A stretch of DNA of 64,000 bases from Eledone cirrhosa (Eukaryota): the NCBI GenBank assembly GCA_964016885.1, contig OZ024742.1, forward strand, positions 65,968,001-66,032,000, in the 5' to 3' direction. The notes under the pieces were generated by a model. It searched no databases. It was given only the letters and a program-made list of their open reading frames with translations, and was not told where the DNA came from. Position 1 is the first letter of the stretch, and each line of letters begins with the position of its first letter. Shown here piece after piece: positions 27,360 to 41,350 of the stretch. Position numbers and translations under genes: made by a program.

Positions 27360-28205
27360 CATCTTCGGCCACTTATTCCTGTGTGGCTCGTTGGGGGGTA
27401 GAGTCCTTAAACGTTCCTTCCAGCGGGGTCTGTCAGAAGTAACCGTCTCCAACCGGTCCGGCTGGATCCCCAAGCGAGACCAGCCAAGCTCATAGATATT
27501 GTCCAATCATCTTGCTCGGGGTCTACTCGTGGGTCTCAAGCCGGTTGGTTCTGCCCGTAAAATCTGTACAATGGTTCCTTCCTGGAACCTTCCAATGACA
27601 TGGTCATATTATTGGAGCTCTCATCTCTCAATCCGGAGAAGTAGCGACTCGACCTCGTGGGAATCTGATCGCTGAGCTTCGCACATTATCGGGTAACGAT
27701 ACTCCAAAGAATCTTTGGAAGAACCCCATTTCGGCCGCTTGTATTCGTGATCGTATTCTTTCGGTCGTTAACCATGGCCATAGGTAGGGGTTAGCACGAA
27801 TACCGAAATGAAGATAGCTAGTTTCGCTTTTACGCTTACCCCCTTCTGGTTACCGAATGCTGAAGCTGGCTATTATTGCACCAATACCTGTAATCCTTGC
27901 ATTTAAATTAGACTCAGGCTTCCAGTACTTGTGAACACGGCCCCAATTTACTTGAACAGCTCTACCTGCTTCGCTGGACCTCCATTCACTTGTAGACTGC
28001 ACTGCGCAGGTATCCTGACATGAGTGTCTGAATATTCGCAGTACTGATATTTCTTTCAGCCATGCAGCTCTCGGCATCAAACCTATCGAATGCAAGTCGG
28101 AAAATGACAATCCTGTTCATGTGAATAATGAACAGGAGAGGTGCCAGTACGCACCCTTGAAAGAGGCCGACTCCCACATTGAATGTTTCGATTTAGCACC
28201 ATTTA
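27360..28205 (-). mobile_element. RTE-clade (Expander/Rex3-like) LINE 3' fragment, decayed
   Basis: VGLFQGCVLAPLLFIIHMNRI (RT), [24 protein letters not shown] (C-terminus). Confidence 0.85.
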
Positions 28206-28255
28206 TATGCTCTTCAGACTGATGATGTGACGAAAACATAGTTTTTGGTCATATC

Positions 28256-28347
28256 GCCAGTCTGAAGAGCAGATTGATAGTGGAGTCGGGTCCATAACTC
28301 CTACAGGTGACCTTGAGTCAATCCTCAGCGAAACGTGCGTAACAGGC
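28256..28347 (+). ncRNA. type-I hammerhead motif with extended helix II
   Basis: GCCAGU-CUGAAGA-GC-aGAUUGA..UCAAUC..GC-GAAA-CG-UG-C-GUA-ACAGGC; AATAAA at 28356. Confidence 0.75.
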
Positions 28348-28850
28348 TGCTACACAATAAATATCATATACATGTAAACGAAACTTCTTCGTTTTTTTCT
28401 AATATATATATATATATGTACACACATACATACAATTTGATTATCTTATTCCAAGTATTACGTGGATAGTGTTATAAAACCGGACGTACTACAGATAGAC
28501 GTAAAGTGAGATCATTTTTAACACATATAGCGCCTAATACTCTCAGAGCCATTTCAAACAAATAGATATTTATCAATTATTTTTGTTTCTGACAAGTTAC
28601 TGAAAGATTACTATCTGATGCGTTATAAATAATATATATGTATATGCAATATTACTTGTTATGGCTACTATTCTGAGAGAGAAACCCAATAAATTTGTAG
28701 AGTTCCTTTTGTCAAGGTATAGTAGATACAATTTCTCCCAATTACTCATCAGCTGCAACTGTTCATCATCTGCGAGAAATAGTATCGTGTATACCTTCTT
28801 ACACACACACACACATACACACACAAAGACACACACACAGACGCATACAT

Positions 28851-28907
<57 letters not shown>

Positions 28908-29169
28908 CACATGCACACATTCAACCATACACATATAAAAAGCTCATGTATAAAATATATGTATGCACACGCAAACTCGTATAGACATAAATTATGGTTG
29001 TTAAAAAGGTTTACAACAGAAAGTGACATAGACATTTTGAGATCGATATTTAATGACAGGCATAATATTTGATACACACACACACATATATATATATATA
29101 TGCATATACAAATATACATACATGCAAATACTCCCTTTCACAGACATGCATATACATACATATATATAT

Positions 29170-29358
29170 AATTGTTTCTACTTTAGGCACAAGACCAGTA
29201 ATTAACCAGTGCATTACTGGTACTTTATTTTATCGACCCCGTAAGGATGAAAGGCAAAGTAAATCTCGGCGGGATTTGAACTCAGACCATAAAGGGACGT
29301 AACTATGCTGGAAAGCATGGCGTCCGACTCTCTACCGATACTGCCAATCCACCGCCTC
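29170..29358 (-). mobile_element. tRNA-derived SINE
   Basis: Reverse complement of the 10905 family. Confidence 0.9.
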
Positions 29359-29400
<42 letters not shown>

Positions 29401-29416
29401 TATATATATATATAAA

Positions 29417-29447
<31 letters not shown>

Positions 29448-29465
29448 ATATAAAATATATATATA

Positions 29466-29516
<51 letters not shown>

Positions 29517-29747
29517 GATTATGCAAACACAGACTTACAGAGAGACAGACGCATTCAGAGAGATATGTACCCCCTCTCACATACAAACATGTAAACATAA
29601 AAAAAGATGGTGGAGCGTAGTGTTTGTTATGCTGGTATTTTACTAGTGTCATAGCAAGAATAGTATCATGTAGGGTAAAGTTAAGAGAAAGAGGGGAAAA
29701 ACGAACAAGCTTGATAGTCTAAGCAGTCGTAGCCGTCGTCGTGTTAA

Positions 29748-29755
29748 TAGTAGTA

Positions 29756-29841
<86 letters not shown>

Positions 29842-29842
29842 G

Positions 29843-29880
<38 letters not shown>

Positions 29881-30098
29881 GGCGGTTTGAGTAGTAGTAG
29901 TAGTAGTAGCAGTAGTGGTAGTAGTAGAGGTAGTAGTAGTAGTAGTAGAAGTAGTAGTATTGGTGGTAGTAGTGGTGGTAGTAGTAGATGTAGTAGTAGT
30001 AGTAGTAGAAGTAGTAGTATTGGTGGTAGTAGTGGTGGTAGTAGTAGATGTAGTAGTAGTAGTGGTGGTAGTAGTAGTAGTAGTGGTAGTAGTAGTAA

Positions 30099-30139
<41 letters not shown>
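29748..30139. repeat. (TAG/TGG)n microsatellite
   Basis: Visible triplet array. Confidence 0.95.
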
Positions 30140-30212
30140 ATGCCAAGTGTTAATGACGATAATGATCATGCTGATGATTAACGACTATAATAAAGGCAAA
30201 GACGAAAATAAT

Positions 30213-30309
30213 TGTTTCTACTTTTGGCAAAAGGCCAGCAAATTCACCAGTACATTACTGGTACTTTATTTTATCGACCCCCGTAAGGATGAAATGCAAA
30301 GTAAATCTC
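30213..30309 (-). mobile_element. 5'-truncated SINE with 18-bp TSD GGCAAAGACGAAAATAAT
   Basis: Duplication at 30195-30212 and 30310-30327. Confidence 0.85.
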
Positions 30310-30490
30310 GGCAAAGACGAAAATAATAATAATACAACGATTACAAAATAGACTGCACTTATTATAACTGAGAATAACGACAACAACAACAACAACAACA
30401 TGATGGTGTAGAACAAGAATAGAGCAGACAGTCTGCTGGGTTGTTAGATAGGCTGGTAGATGTCGGTGGGGAAATATACACGCACGCAAC

Positions 30491-31142
<652 letters not shown>

Positions 31143-31661
31143 AATTATAATAATAAAACTGATAATGGCAAAGACTACAGCAGCAGAAAGAGAGCAGCAA
31201 GTTAACATGCATAATACCCATAGATTTTAAAAGAACAACAACAAATGCTACAGCATCAAACACATTAACCCGACAGCATCAGAATGAAAAACAAAAATAA
31301 CTGTACCATCCAGAGCATTAACAACAGAAACATCAACAACAACAGCAAGATATCATCAACTGCAACATCATCAGGAACGACACAAATATAAAAGATATTA
31401 AGCATAACAGGAATAGTAGCATCAACATTAACAACAACATCAAGAAATGTCGATGTAGTGGAGTTATTAACAGCATTAAGTACAACAACAATTGTAGCAA
31501 AAGCACGATGAGATTTAGCAAGACCAGCAGCTGAAGTCATAGATAAAGCAAGAAGAAGAACAAACGGAATAGTACTATCTACTACAACAATATCAACGAG
31601 AACAACATTAACAACAGCAACTATAATATAAGAACCACCACCACTGCTAATCGTAAACAAT

Positions 31662-31903
31662 GATTGTTTCTACTTTAGGCACAAGACCAGCAATTATTTA
31701 TTTTTTGGGGGAGGGGGGAGAGGGGGGGGGGGGAATCGATTAAATCGACACCAGAGTGTTACTTGTACTTTATTTTATCGACCCCGTAAGGATGAAAGGC
31801 TAAGATAACCTCGGCGGTATTTGGAACTCAGAACGCAAAGCGCCGTGGCTCTTTGATGCAAAGCATGGTGTTCGACGCTCGACCATACTACCAATCCACT
31901 ACC
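31662..31903 (-). mobile_element. tRNA-derived SINE
   Basis: Same family motifs on the reverse strand. Confidence 0.85.
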
Positions 31904-32094
31904 AATCAAGAACAATATATGACAACGAGGAATTCTTCACGCAGTCGCGCTACATGCTGATAATAGCAAATAATTTTTAGTGATATCACACACTCGCATA
32001 ATGTAGTCCGAGATTCTCTATGATTCAAAGATTGATCACAATTGGAAGATCTTTCATCATATGCCTGCTCGACCCGGTTTGCTGTGTGTCCTAC

Positions 32095-32283
32095 CAGCAG
32101 GCAGTATCGGTAGAGGGTTGGACACCATGCTTTGACGCATAGAGTTACGGCCCTTGCCATTCTGAGTTCAAATCCCGCCGAGGTTAACTTTGCCTTTCAT
32201 CCTTACGGGTTCAAAAAAATAAAGTACAAGAAATACGCTGGAAAAAATTGCTGGCCTTGTGCCAAAAGTAGAAACAAATATTA
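32095..32283 (+). mobile_element. tRNA-derived SINE
   Basis: GGCAGTATCGGTAGAG..GAGTTCAAATCCCGCCGAGG..GGCCTTGTGCC. Confidence 0.9.
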
Positions 32284-33309
32284 TCAACTGATGAGACAGC
32301 CTTGAACTGACCGATTTTTACCGATTAAATCTAATGTAAAACATGTTTGCTGTTATCATCTTCATCATCACTAACAAAGAACTTATGTTCCTTAATCATT
32401 GTATTTTCTGGCTTGTATTTTTAACTTAATTTTTTAGAAAAATCTTACTTGAAACGCTAACGAATGTGGCAATATATTTTTTACTTTTGATTACTCAGAT
32501 GAAAATTTCGATTTATTAAGAATTTTTAACGCACGTTATTCAGTATATCAAGATTTACTAGATTTAATTTGATCCACGACACTGGGTTAATATATCATTT
32601 CTCTAAGTAAATGTCTGCTCAATAATGTAAATCACTACAGGTTAAGCAATTGTTAGATCTCATAGCGATATCAGGATGAATCCACTTTATATATAGCTTG
32701 ACCGATCAGACAGTCACACGCATTAGGTGAAAAAGTGATATTGTTGTAGCGGATGTGTAGCCACACGTCAGCGCCAATGAAGTAGGATAACATCAAAAGG
32801 ATTTCAATCGTGAATCATGTTATTCTTTCTCCAAATAGTTTATCAACTTTTTTTTTTTTAAACAACAGTAAAAATGTTTATTCAAAAATAATGACAACTA
32901 TGGCGACAATAATAAAAAAAAGGGAAACAAAAGGAAAGAAAGAATAGGTAAGTATAGAGAAAGAAAGAAGAAAAAGAACGAGAAAGGGAGGGGATGGCAA
33001 GAGCTCTGGTGTCGCAGAAGAGAGGGGAGGGGTGAAGGGGAGAGGTAATTGGGTTTTGGTTCTAGGGCAAGAGGGCAGAAGAGCTGCGTCCCGCTGACAA
33101 GACGGTAAAAGCATTCCCGCGGACGATGACCAGTGACACACGCTGCAAAAACCACCCAACCACGCCTGAGGTCTCGACGACGGCCGGCATCCAAAGTCAC
33201 ATATTTTTATAAGATATGAATGAGATTTTGTTGCTATTTTTAGCACATTTATTGATTATGAAGACACAGCATTGTTACACCTGTTGTGGCATTATTCGAG
33301 TTGGTGGTA

Positions 33310-34478
33310 CAGGCGGTCCATCTGCTGTCAACACCCGCTACGTGGAGGGCTGGGCATGCCATGGCTAATGATGCGCAGAAACACGCTCAGGCTGCGACAT
33401 CTCCACCTCTTCCTCGACGGTGATCAGGTGTGGTCGCCGTTTGCTAGACGCGTCTTTACCCAGCTCGTCTCCTTGACGGAGCTGCATTCCTGGGTCAAGC
33501 AAAGACCGAGAGGGAACGCTTGGATACTGGAATGTCTTCAGGCGCTCACAGCCTTCGACCAATCGGGCAATGTGATCGGTAGAAACTCCACCTTGGCGTT
33601 CTATAGAGGATTAGTGGAGGGGAAGAGCGACGACGTACTTGGGGAAACTCTAGGTGTCGACGAAAATCAACTAGCCAATCTCTTCGGAAGAACGTTCGGG
33701 CCGGGGCCTATGGACAACTTCCAGGATCCCTGGCCTGGCAGTGCTACCGAGGACCTTTGTCAATTCGGGATAAACTCTACAGGCATGGAAGTGCCGTCAG
33801 CCGGCCATGTCCGAGATGCGCACAGGGCGACGAAACCATCCTGCATGCACTCGTCCAGTGTCCGAGAATTGCTGACTTGTGGGTTAATGTCGAATACCTG
33901 CTGTCACGTGTAGGACGGATCCAACTATCAGCTGAGTCCATCGTGAGGATTGCCCCACCCTCTTCCTTTAGCAGGGAAGGGCAGGCAGTTTTTATATGTC
34001 TAGTGGCCATGGCGAAAGAGATAGTATGGTGGACGCGTTTGAAAGGGCTGAAGACGAGCAGTTACCTCTTCAGTGATGCCCTGATTAAGTTTTTCAAATT
34101 TCATTTGAAAAGAAAAATTAGGGTAGAGAGGGAAGTGCTCTCTTCCCAGCATCTTGTTGAAAGATGGGTGAGAGAGGCAAGAATGGCCCGAGTGAATGGG
34201 CCTACTCTGAGTATGTGTCTGTAAATTAAAGGTGGAAAACTGGGAGAGGGCACTTGCCCTGGTGGTCAGGGTCACTGTGGCTTTTTTAATGTGCTTTCTC
34301 CACGAATGTCCCTCGGAAGTCTCCCCGCTATTGGGGAATTTTTCATTGTTTCTTTTTTTGTTACATCCTCTGCTTTTATTTTTTTTACACGCAAAAATGC
34401 CCATTTGTATTGTCCTGTATTGTCCTGTACTGTCCTTAATGTCTTACTTTGTGTAAACCCTTGTGGTTAATAAAGAAA
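33310..34478 (+). mobile_element. 5'-truncated L1/Tx1-like LINE with 21-bp TSD
   Basis: GGLGMPWL and RPCPRCAQGDETILHALVQCP (CCHC); 3' end CCTTGTGGTTAATAAAGAAA; TSD GCATTATTCGAGTTGGTGGTA at 33289 and 34479. Confidence 0.9.
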
Positions 34479-35689
34479 GCATTATTCGAGTTGGTGGTAG
34501 AATATATTGAAGGTATCAGTAATGTGATCGTTGTCGTCGTTATAGTAATAATAAAAATAATAATAATAATAGTAGTAGTAGTAGTAGTAGTAGTATTTGT
34601 AGTAACAGTAGTAGTAAGATAAGTGTATCAAGATGCAAGACGAACCATCGTGTGATATTTCAAAACTTGCTGCGAGTAACGCAGCTGGTAGAGATAGTTT
34701 GTTGATGATGGTGGTGTTCGTATATGCAAACAAAGTTGTTCGTCTTTGTGTATGTGCGTACATAGTTATGTGAAACTGCGTGTCTGCACATATTAATCAA
34801 CTATGTACGAATATATACATATATGCATGCGATTATATCTGTATAATTTAAAGATGATCTCCATGATATATGCCAGAATGCGTCTATAATTTACTGCTTG
34901 CTGTAAGGTATATGCGTAAAGACTCACACAAATACACGCACACAAATACACATTCACACGCACAAATAAACACTCATGCACATATATATCTATCTATACA
35001 TACATACATTGACCCATTAAATGTGGTTAGTAATGTTAATATTATATCAAAGATTGTGAATGTTTACACAAACAAAAGCAACGTCATCCTACCAGCGTCT
35101 CCCCAGTTACATATAAATTGTTGGAACAGGAAAGTGTCGGAAGGTTTGGGATCAAGTACTTAGGTGTTAAATTCCGGTCTGTGTTATCGGATCCGAGTAT
35201 TTTTGCATATGTTCCGTTTACAGTGGCGTTTAAAATCTGAAATTTCTTAGAATCCTTTTCAATTTTTCTGTGCAAATTTTACTATTCCGGAAACTTCCTT
35301 AAAGATGCTTTCTATTTTCCCTCCTTGGAGAGTGTCTTGGAGAATATCCCAGCATGGGCTCAAACGGCTTGCTTTACCGTATACTAAATGGAGTTTCATG
35401 CTCTTCATTGGAGTTCAAATTTCTGAGAAATTCCTCAAATCATTTCGAACGTCTTTAGTATAGACAAACATAACCACACGTACACGCATTACGCATACAT
35501 CAAACAATACACACACTCCCACACTATGTTTACAAAGGGGATAACGATGTAATTCTCAGATAGGGTTTTCTAGGAAACATGGAATAATTGGGACATAATC
35601 AGCTAGAAGTATTTACGTTGGAGGGGGATTTCGTATTCTCTGATATAAGCCCAGGGTTAAACCATCTAATTAGTTAACATCCTTCCCAG

Positions 35690-36760
35690 CAGCCTTGCCA
35701 CATTTGAGTTCTTTAATTGCTTTTGCGACCTCAGCCTCCAAGAGATTAGTCATCGTGTACATCAGAATATGCTGTTGTGATCCGGTTTAGGAAATCAGCA
35801 AAGTATTCTGTTCACCTCCCAAGGATGCATCTCTCCGAAGAGTAAAAAACCCCAGATACTTTCCTGAAAGCATGCAGGGAGGAGAACCTCTTATTATGAA
35901 GCCGGCTGATGGTCTACTGCTGATTTAAAGTCGGATTGCAGCATATCCCAAAGTATTCTCATGTCTTAACTTTGAACGCCATTACTGTCTTTGCTATGAT
36001 TCTTCGTGCCTGCTTGTACTGCAAGTGTAAGAAGGAGGACCTATTTCAAAGCTAAACTTTGTAGACCTTCGTCTTTTCTAGCATGGCAACTTTGACCTCT
36101 TGCATCCCGGCGCCACAACAAGACAATTTCGCACCCAGTATTTAACAGCTGAAGTAGAAAATGCCGATTTAAACAGTCTCCACTCCGTTTCAACGTCCTT
36201 AGTTTGCTCAGGGAGTTCTTTGAATTTGGATGCATTAGAATACGAACACCTGGTCGTCCTGACTTCATTGTCCACCAAAGCGTCCCACTTTATCTAATAG
36301 GTAGTCCTGGACCTTCAACTTTAGTCGGCTTCCTTGGCTTTAGTTAGTCACAAGTTGCAGATAACTAGATGGTGATCAGTTGACAGCTCAGCCCCTCACT
36401 TAACACGAACATCCAGCATAGAATCAAAGAGATCAGTAACAATAACAAAATCAATTATTGTTCTCTCTCTCTGATTTCCCTTATATCATGAATATTATTG
36501 TATGTCTTTGTGCTGGAAGCAGGTCTTCATAATAGAGCCCATTACTAGAACAGAAATCTAATAAGGCTTCTCTGTTCGTATTTAGATCGGAATCGCCATT
36601 CCTCCCTGTCACTCCTCTCTATGTCATGTGGTCAGTGCCAATATGTGCATTGATATTTCTTATCAGGATACCTGACTGTTCTTAACTTCATCTAAACTGC
36701 AGTGTTTTCATCAAGGGAGGATCTGAATTCAGATTCTTTGTTTGGTGCATAATTTGGCAC
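35690..36760 (-). mobile_element. RTE-clade LINE, APE endonuclease region, decayed
   Basis: NAHIGTD, LLDFCSSNG, DVRVK*GAELSTDHHLVIC, DVETEWRLFKSA. Confidence 0.75.
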
Positions 36761-37849
36761 CACTCACAGAGACCTATATGTCAGCCTAAGCTTCAAAAGG
36801 TAGAGCTGTTCGGCTAGAGAACGGATCACAAGTGGCAGATAGCGAAGTTTGCGTAAATTGAATGTCACCTGGCGTATTTGGTTAAACCTTGCCCATCGGA
36901 GACTATCCAAGCAATTTCAAGACTGAAACTATTTGAGAGTTGTTCAAATCATATCAGTTATGCTATAAGTAGTTTACTCTATAGAAATGTTCCGAAGAAA
37001 TATATCCATATACATAGTTGTGCCGGAAATGCGCTTAATTGATATTTTAATTATAAAGACGGGATTGACTCATTAAATGGTGGGTTTGATTAATTGCAAT
37101 GTTTCCAACATTAGAAATTGGTTTTGTAAGGCTGAAGAGATTAGGAAAAGCATTAGGAGCTAGCAAATATTATTCTGAGACCAGGCAAATACAAGAATAT
37201 TCTCCAATAAAATTTGGATAAATTTTCAAGTCCTAATATTTAAACCTAAACATGCAGCAACACAGATAATCTGATGGCACATAAAAGGTTATATGAGGTC
37301 ATATAAGATCAACTATAAGTGTTTATGGATGGCAAATATTTCTGCTGGCTCATACATAAGATACATAACTAATTCCGAATAGGGCAACAGAGGCAATAAC
37401 ATAAACCATATAAGAATAGATTAGTATTGGAGTATATTGAGAGGAATAATACAATCCATTCAAAACATAACAAATGTCACCTGTGTTGTGTGTTTCCTGA
37501 AAAACATACAACAATAATAATAGGCTACCGTACATTAACTTTAACAGCATACATTTGGAAACATTATAGTGTAGTGAACCTCTACATGAGAGACCTCTCC
37601 ACAGTTTCAGCTGCTTAGAGAAAAGGAAAATAGTTTTAGAGGTACTCATATGCACCAGTTTGTGAAAAAGGACAATGGGAAAATTCTATAGCAGCTTAGC
37701 TTATAGACATTCTATTACTTCACTTTCTATGGGGAAAATGACAATAGTGCTCATAATATTCGGCTGCGCAATATCAAATAATCATACAGTTCAATAGAAG
37801 TCAACTGAAACGTTAAGATATTTCACTGTGATATGCATATATAGACGAC

Positions 37850-38050
37850 CAGATTCTGTAAAGTTTCCATCTGCGAACTTGCATTCACAAGATATTGGTA
37901 AAACCTGGTACACAATAGAGTATATTTTCCCAATATGCAACAAAGTGAGATTGTACACGGACATACGTGATTGCCCAGTGTATATTTTAACCACATTCCC
38001 TCGCTTGTACCTAAGTATATGTTTGGTTTACTATTTTGTACCACTCCATT
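37850..38050 (-). mobile_element. possible second Penelope GIY-YIG relic
   Basis: NIY..(C)G, frameshift, then KIYTGQSRMSV..LH..KI..YQVLPIS; resembles IY..CxxC..YIGQT..H. Confidence 0.4.
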
Positions 38051-38733
38051 GAACGAGCTTCATTTAAAGTTTGTCAGGATGTAAGGGAGTATTTGAAAGG
38101 GAGATAAAAAATAATAAATAACCCCCTAAAAAATCACTACATAATTTAAATCCCACGAACTATACGATCAATGCATTATTTTTTAAAGAAAGGTGTTTGA
38201 CACAGGATTACACCAAAATGTATTGAAAGATTTATTGCATGACGTTAGTTACGTAAATTCCACATAGAATGGAAACGTTAAAATGCCAAATAACCTAAGA
38301 AAAAATAAGCAGCAACAAAAAAAAAAAAGTGTATCGAATTTTAGAAAATAAATACAAACTATGTTTAAGTTAGAAAGTTGTGTTATGGAGAGAAGTCTGG
38401 GATTTTGATTGAACATTTTACAGTATTGTGATTGAAAAAAGAAATTTCGTTTTTATTGGATTCGCTTTAATGAAACGCTTATAATCGATTTACATTGCCA
38501 TATACACATACACCACACAGAGACGCACATCTATATACATACACACATATGCACTCACGCACTCACACACGCATTTATATATGTATACATATGTACAGCT
38601 GAATTCACATTCACTGCTTTCACTCACTACGTATGTAATATAAAGTGACACATAAATAATTATATATATATATCAATATATATACATATATTCATATGTA
38701 TATGTATGTGTATGTGTGTGTATGTGTATCTAT

Positions 38734-38768
<35 letters not shown>

Positions 38769-39390
38769 TATTTACGTATGCAAGTGCGCCTGTATTGACG
38801 TATGCATGCATGTATGTATGTATATATATATGTGTGTTGTGTGTGTGTGTGTGTATGTGTTTTTACGTATTTACGTATGCAAGTGCTCCTGTATGGACGT
38901 ATGCATGCATGTATGTATGTATTAGATATATGTGTTGGGTGTGTGTGTATGTGTGTGTGCGTGTGGTGTGTGTATGTGTGTGTGTGTGTGTTCTATATCT
39001 AATTAACCAGTGATGAGTGTTCGTTGGCAGAAGAAAACATTTTTCTTTAGCTCTGAAGAAATTACTCATCTACGTCTTTGTTTTGGCTTTGTTTATTTGT
39101 GAATCTATTTCAATCATTGTGTTTGGAATATAATAAGGAAACCTTATGAAATAGAAAGTATATGATCAGAAGTATGATTATATCAATACTGGTTAGCATA
39201 TGTGTAGCTGATATCTTTATGTATACTATCGCAACCCGATGAATAATAGGTGCATATAGGGGAATATGTAGTACAATATGTATGCACATACACACACACA
39301 CACACATACACAGACACACATATAAATAAATAAATATATATATATAAGAAGCTGGATGGTATCACGTATACATCCTTTGTTTATTACATC

Positions 39391-39466
39391 ATACTGTTAT
39401 GCCCATTTTGAAGATACCAAATTCGTTGCGTAATAACCATTTGATGTATTCTCATCAGACACGTAT
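39391..39466 (-). ncRNA. type-I hammerhead relic (G12A)
   Basis: Minus strand: AUACgUGU-CUGAUGA-GAA..AUCAAAU..AUUUGGU..UUC-AAAA-UG-GG-C-AUA-ACAGUAU, then AATAAA. Confidence 0.65.
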
Positions 39467-39794
39467 TAAGGTGTAATGTTATTTTGCTTTTGTTTTTGAT
39501 ATGCTCACCATAGTACGGAACACAATGTTAGCAGTCCGGCTATCAGCGAACATATAAGTGTTCTCTTTTATAATATTGACATTCCAACTGATGCCTTATA
39601 GGTAATAACTTACGTTACCCATGTTGTGGAGTGCTTATGTTTACACACCAGTCGGTGGATTGGTTGAACAAACAACGCTTTTTACTTGGAACATACATAC
39701 ATACATACATACATATATATGTGTTATATGTGTGTATATATATATATTATAAAGAAAACGAAAAATCAGTGATGCATCTGGACTTAGTTTATTT

Positions 39795-39885
39795 CGTGTT
39801 ACAAATGTTTCGCCGGCATGTAGCTCGAGTCATGGTCCTTGTAAGGATCTGGCTGATTCTACTTCTGCGGGTTCTTTCAGACATG
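39795..39885 (-). ncRNA. type-I hammerhead relic with extended helix II
   Basis: Minus strand: CAUGU-CUGAAAGA (one extra A)-..-GAAA-CA-UU-U-GUA-ACACG, then AATAAA. Confidence 0.6.
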
Positions 39886-39961
39886 GAAGCACCATACCGC
39901 CAATGGAAGCACCATAGCTACCACTATACACAACTATATATGTTAAGAGAATTGGATTTGC

Positions 39962-40060
39962 AATCATGAGGTTGTGAATTAGATTCCTTGTCCGGCTGAT
40001 TCGTTATGTCCTTGAGCAAGACACTTTCTTTCACGTTGCTCCTTCTAGCTGGAGTTGCGA
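39962..40060 (+). mobile_element. fragment of a second SINE family
   Basis: GTCCTTGAGCAAGACACTTT..TTCACGTTGCTCC core following a degenerate tRNA-like head. Confidence 0.55.
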
Positions 40061-40156
40061 CAGATAGATAGTATTAGCAATTGGAAAGACCAATGGAAAC
40101 GTCGTTTCCTCGGTCCGATCTGATGAAAGTCGATCGACTGTCGATATATATATATA

Positions 40157-40350
40157 TAGGAAAACGTATGACCCCGACGGTAGAGCTCAAGCAGTTTCGA
40201 CGGCTATTTCTGGAGTCCAGAAATAGCCGTCGAAACGGCTTGAGCTCTGCCGTCAGGGTCATACTTTTTCCTATTTCCCACTCTACTACCCTAAGTATCG
40301 AGTACTCTGGTGCGTTATGGTCCATCTGGTTCCTTACCACAATTCCTTTG

Positions 40351-40353
<3 letters not shown>
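40157..40353. mobile_element. hairpin-headed repeat, copy 2
   Basis: Closely matches 25971-26167 with the same palindrome centre. Confidence 0.8.
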
Positions 40354-40435
<82 letters not shown>

Positions 40436-40482
40436 TAGTTATAGGAATAACCAAAGAGTGCTTAGAGATACATTGTTTTATT

Positions 40483-40529
40483 AGCTAAGTGTGTTTCTTC
40501 CATACACCATGGCAGGAATCATCAGAGCC
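40483..40529 (-). ncRNA. minimal type-I hammerhead motif
   Basis: Minus strand: GGCU-CUGAUGA-UUCC..GGAA-GAAA-C-ACA-CUU-AGCU, then AATAAA; C-C mismatch in helix III. Confidence 0.65.
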
Positions 40530-41258
40530 TAAAAACATGAGTATATCAGTAGTTGCATGCTCCATCGAGCTGCGTCACCAGAACAAGGTCAAAGGACCAG
40601 CAGGGGGTCCCGAGGCCAGCGCTATATGGAAAAAGACAGAATACATGATGCACATAATGTCATAAAATGTCTTAAAAATTTAAATATAAAAACAAAAAAA
40701 AAAAAATTACACCAAAAATGTATCATTTAAATGGTGCAATAGATGATAAAGAGGTTGGGAGAGGGTAGCAGGGGATGAGTGAGGGTATTACTCAGCATGA
40801 TCAGAAACAATAAGAAAATAATAAAAATAATAATAAAAAAGTACAAAAATACAGGGATAAGAAAGGAGATAAATATGAAAATACAAAACAATAAAGGAAC
40901 AAATATATATATATATGTATGTATGTATGTATATATATATATATATATATATGCATATATATATGCGTGTGTGTGTATGTGTGTGTGTGAGTATGTGTAT
41001 CTGTGCGTGTGTTTAAAGAACACGTTACCAGGTGTTTTTCGCTTGTCATGATAATGTTATAGGTGTTCTTAAATATATGATTACTCAATATTGTTGATTT
41101 TGAATATAGGACACATTAAATCGTAAATATAATGTATTTGTATTTCTACTTATCAGGTTGAGGGCGAATTGTACACCCAATGAAGATGAGATAAGATAAT
41201 ATGACATATGGTAGTCAAAGAATCATGACATTGTAGAGCGTTGTGTCTCATGTGTCTG

Positions 41259-41350
<92 letters not shown>

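Noticed and set aside
32880-33200. Possible Tx1 ORF1 zinc-knuckle fragment (CVTGHRPREC)
   Set aside because: Incomplete motif and low-complexity flank.
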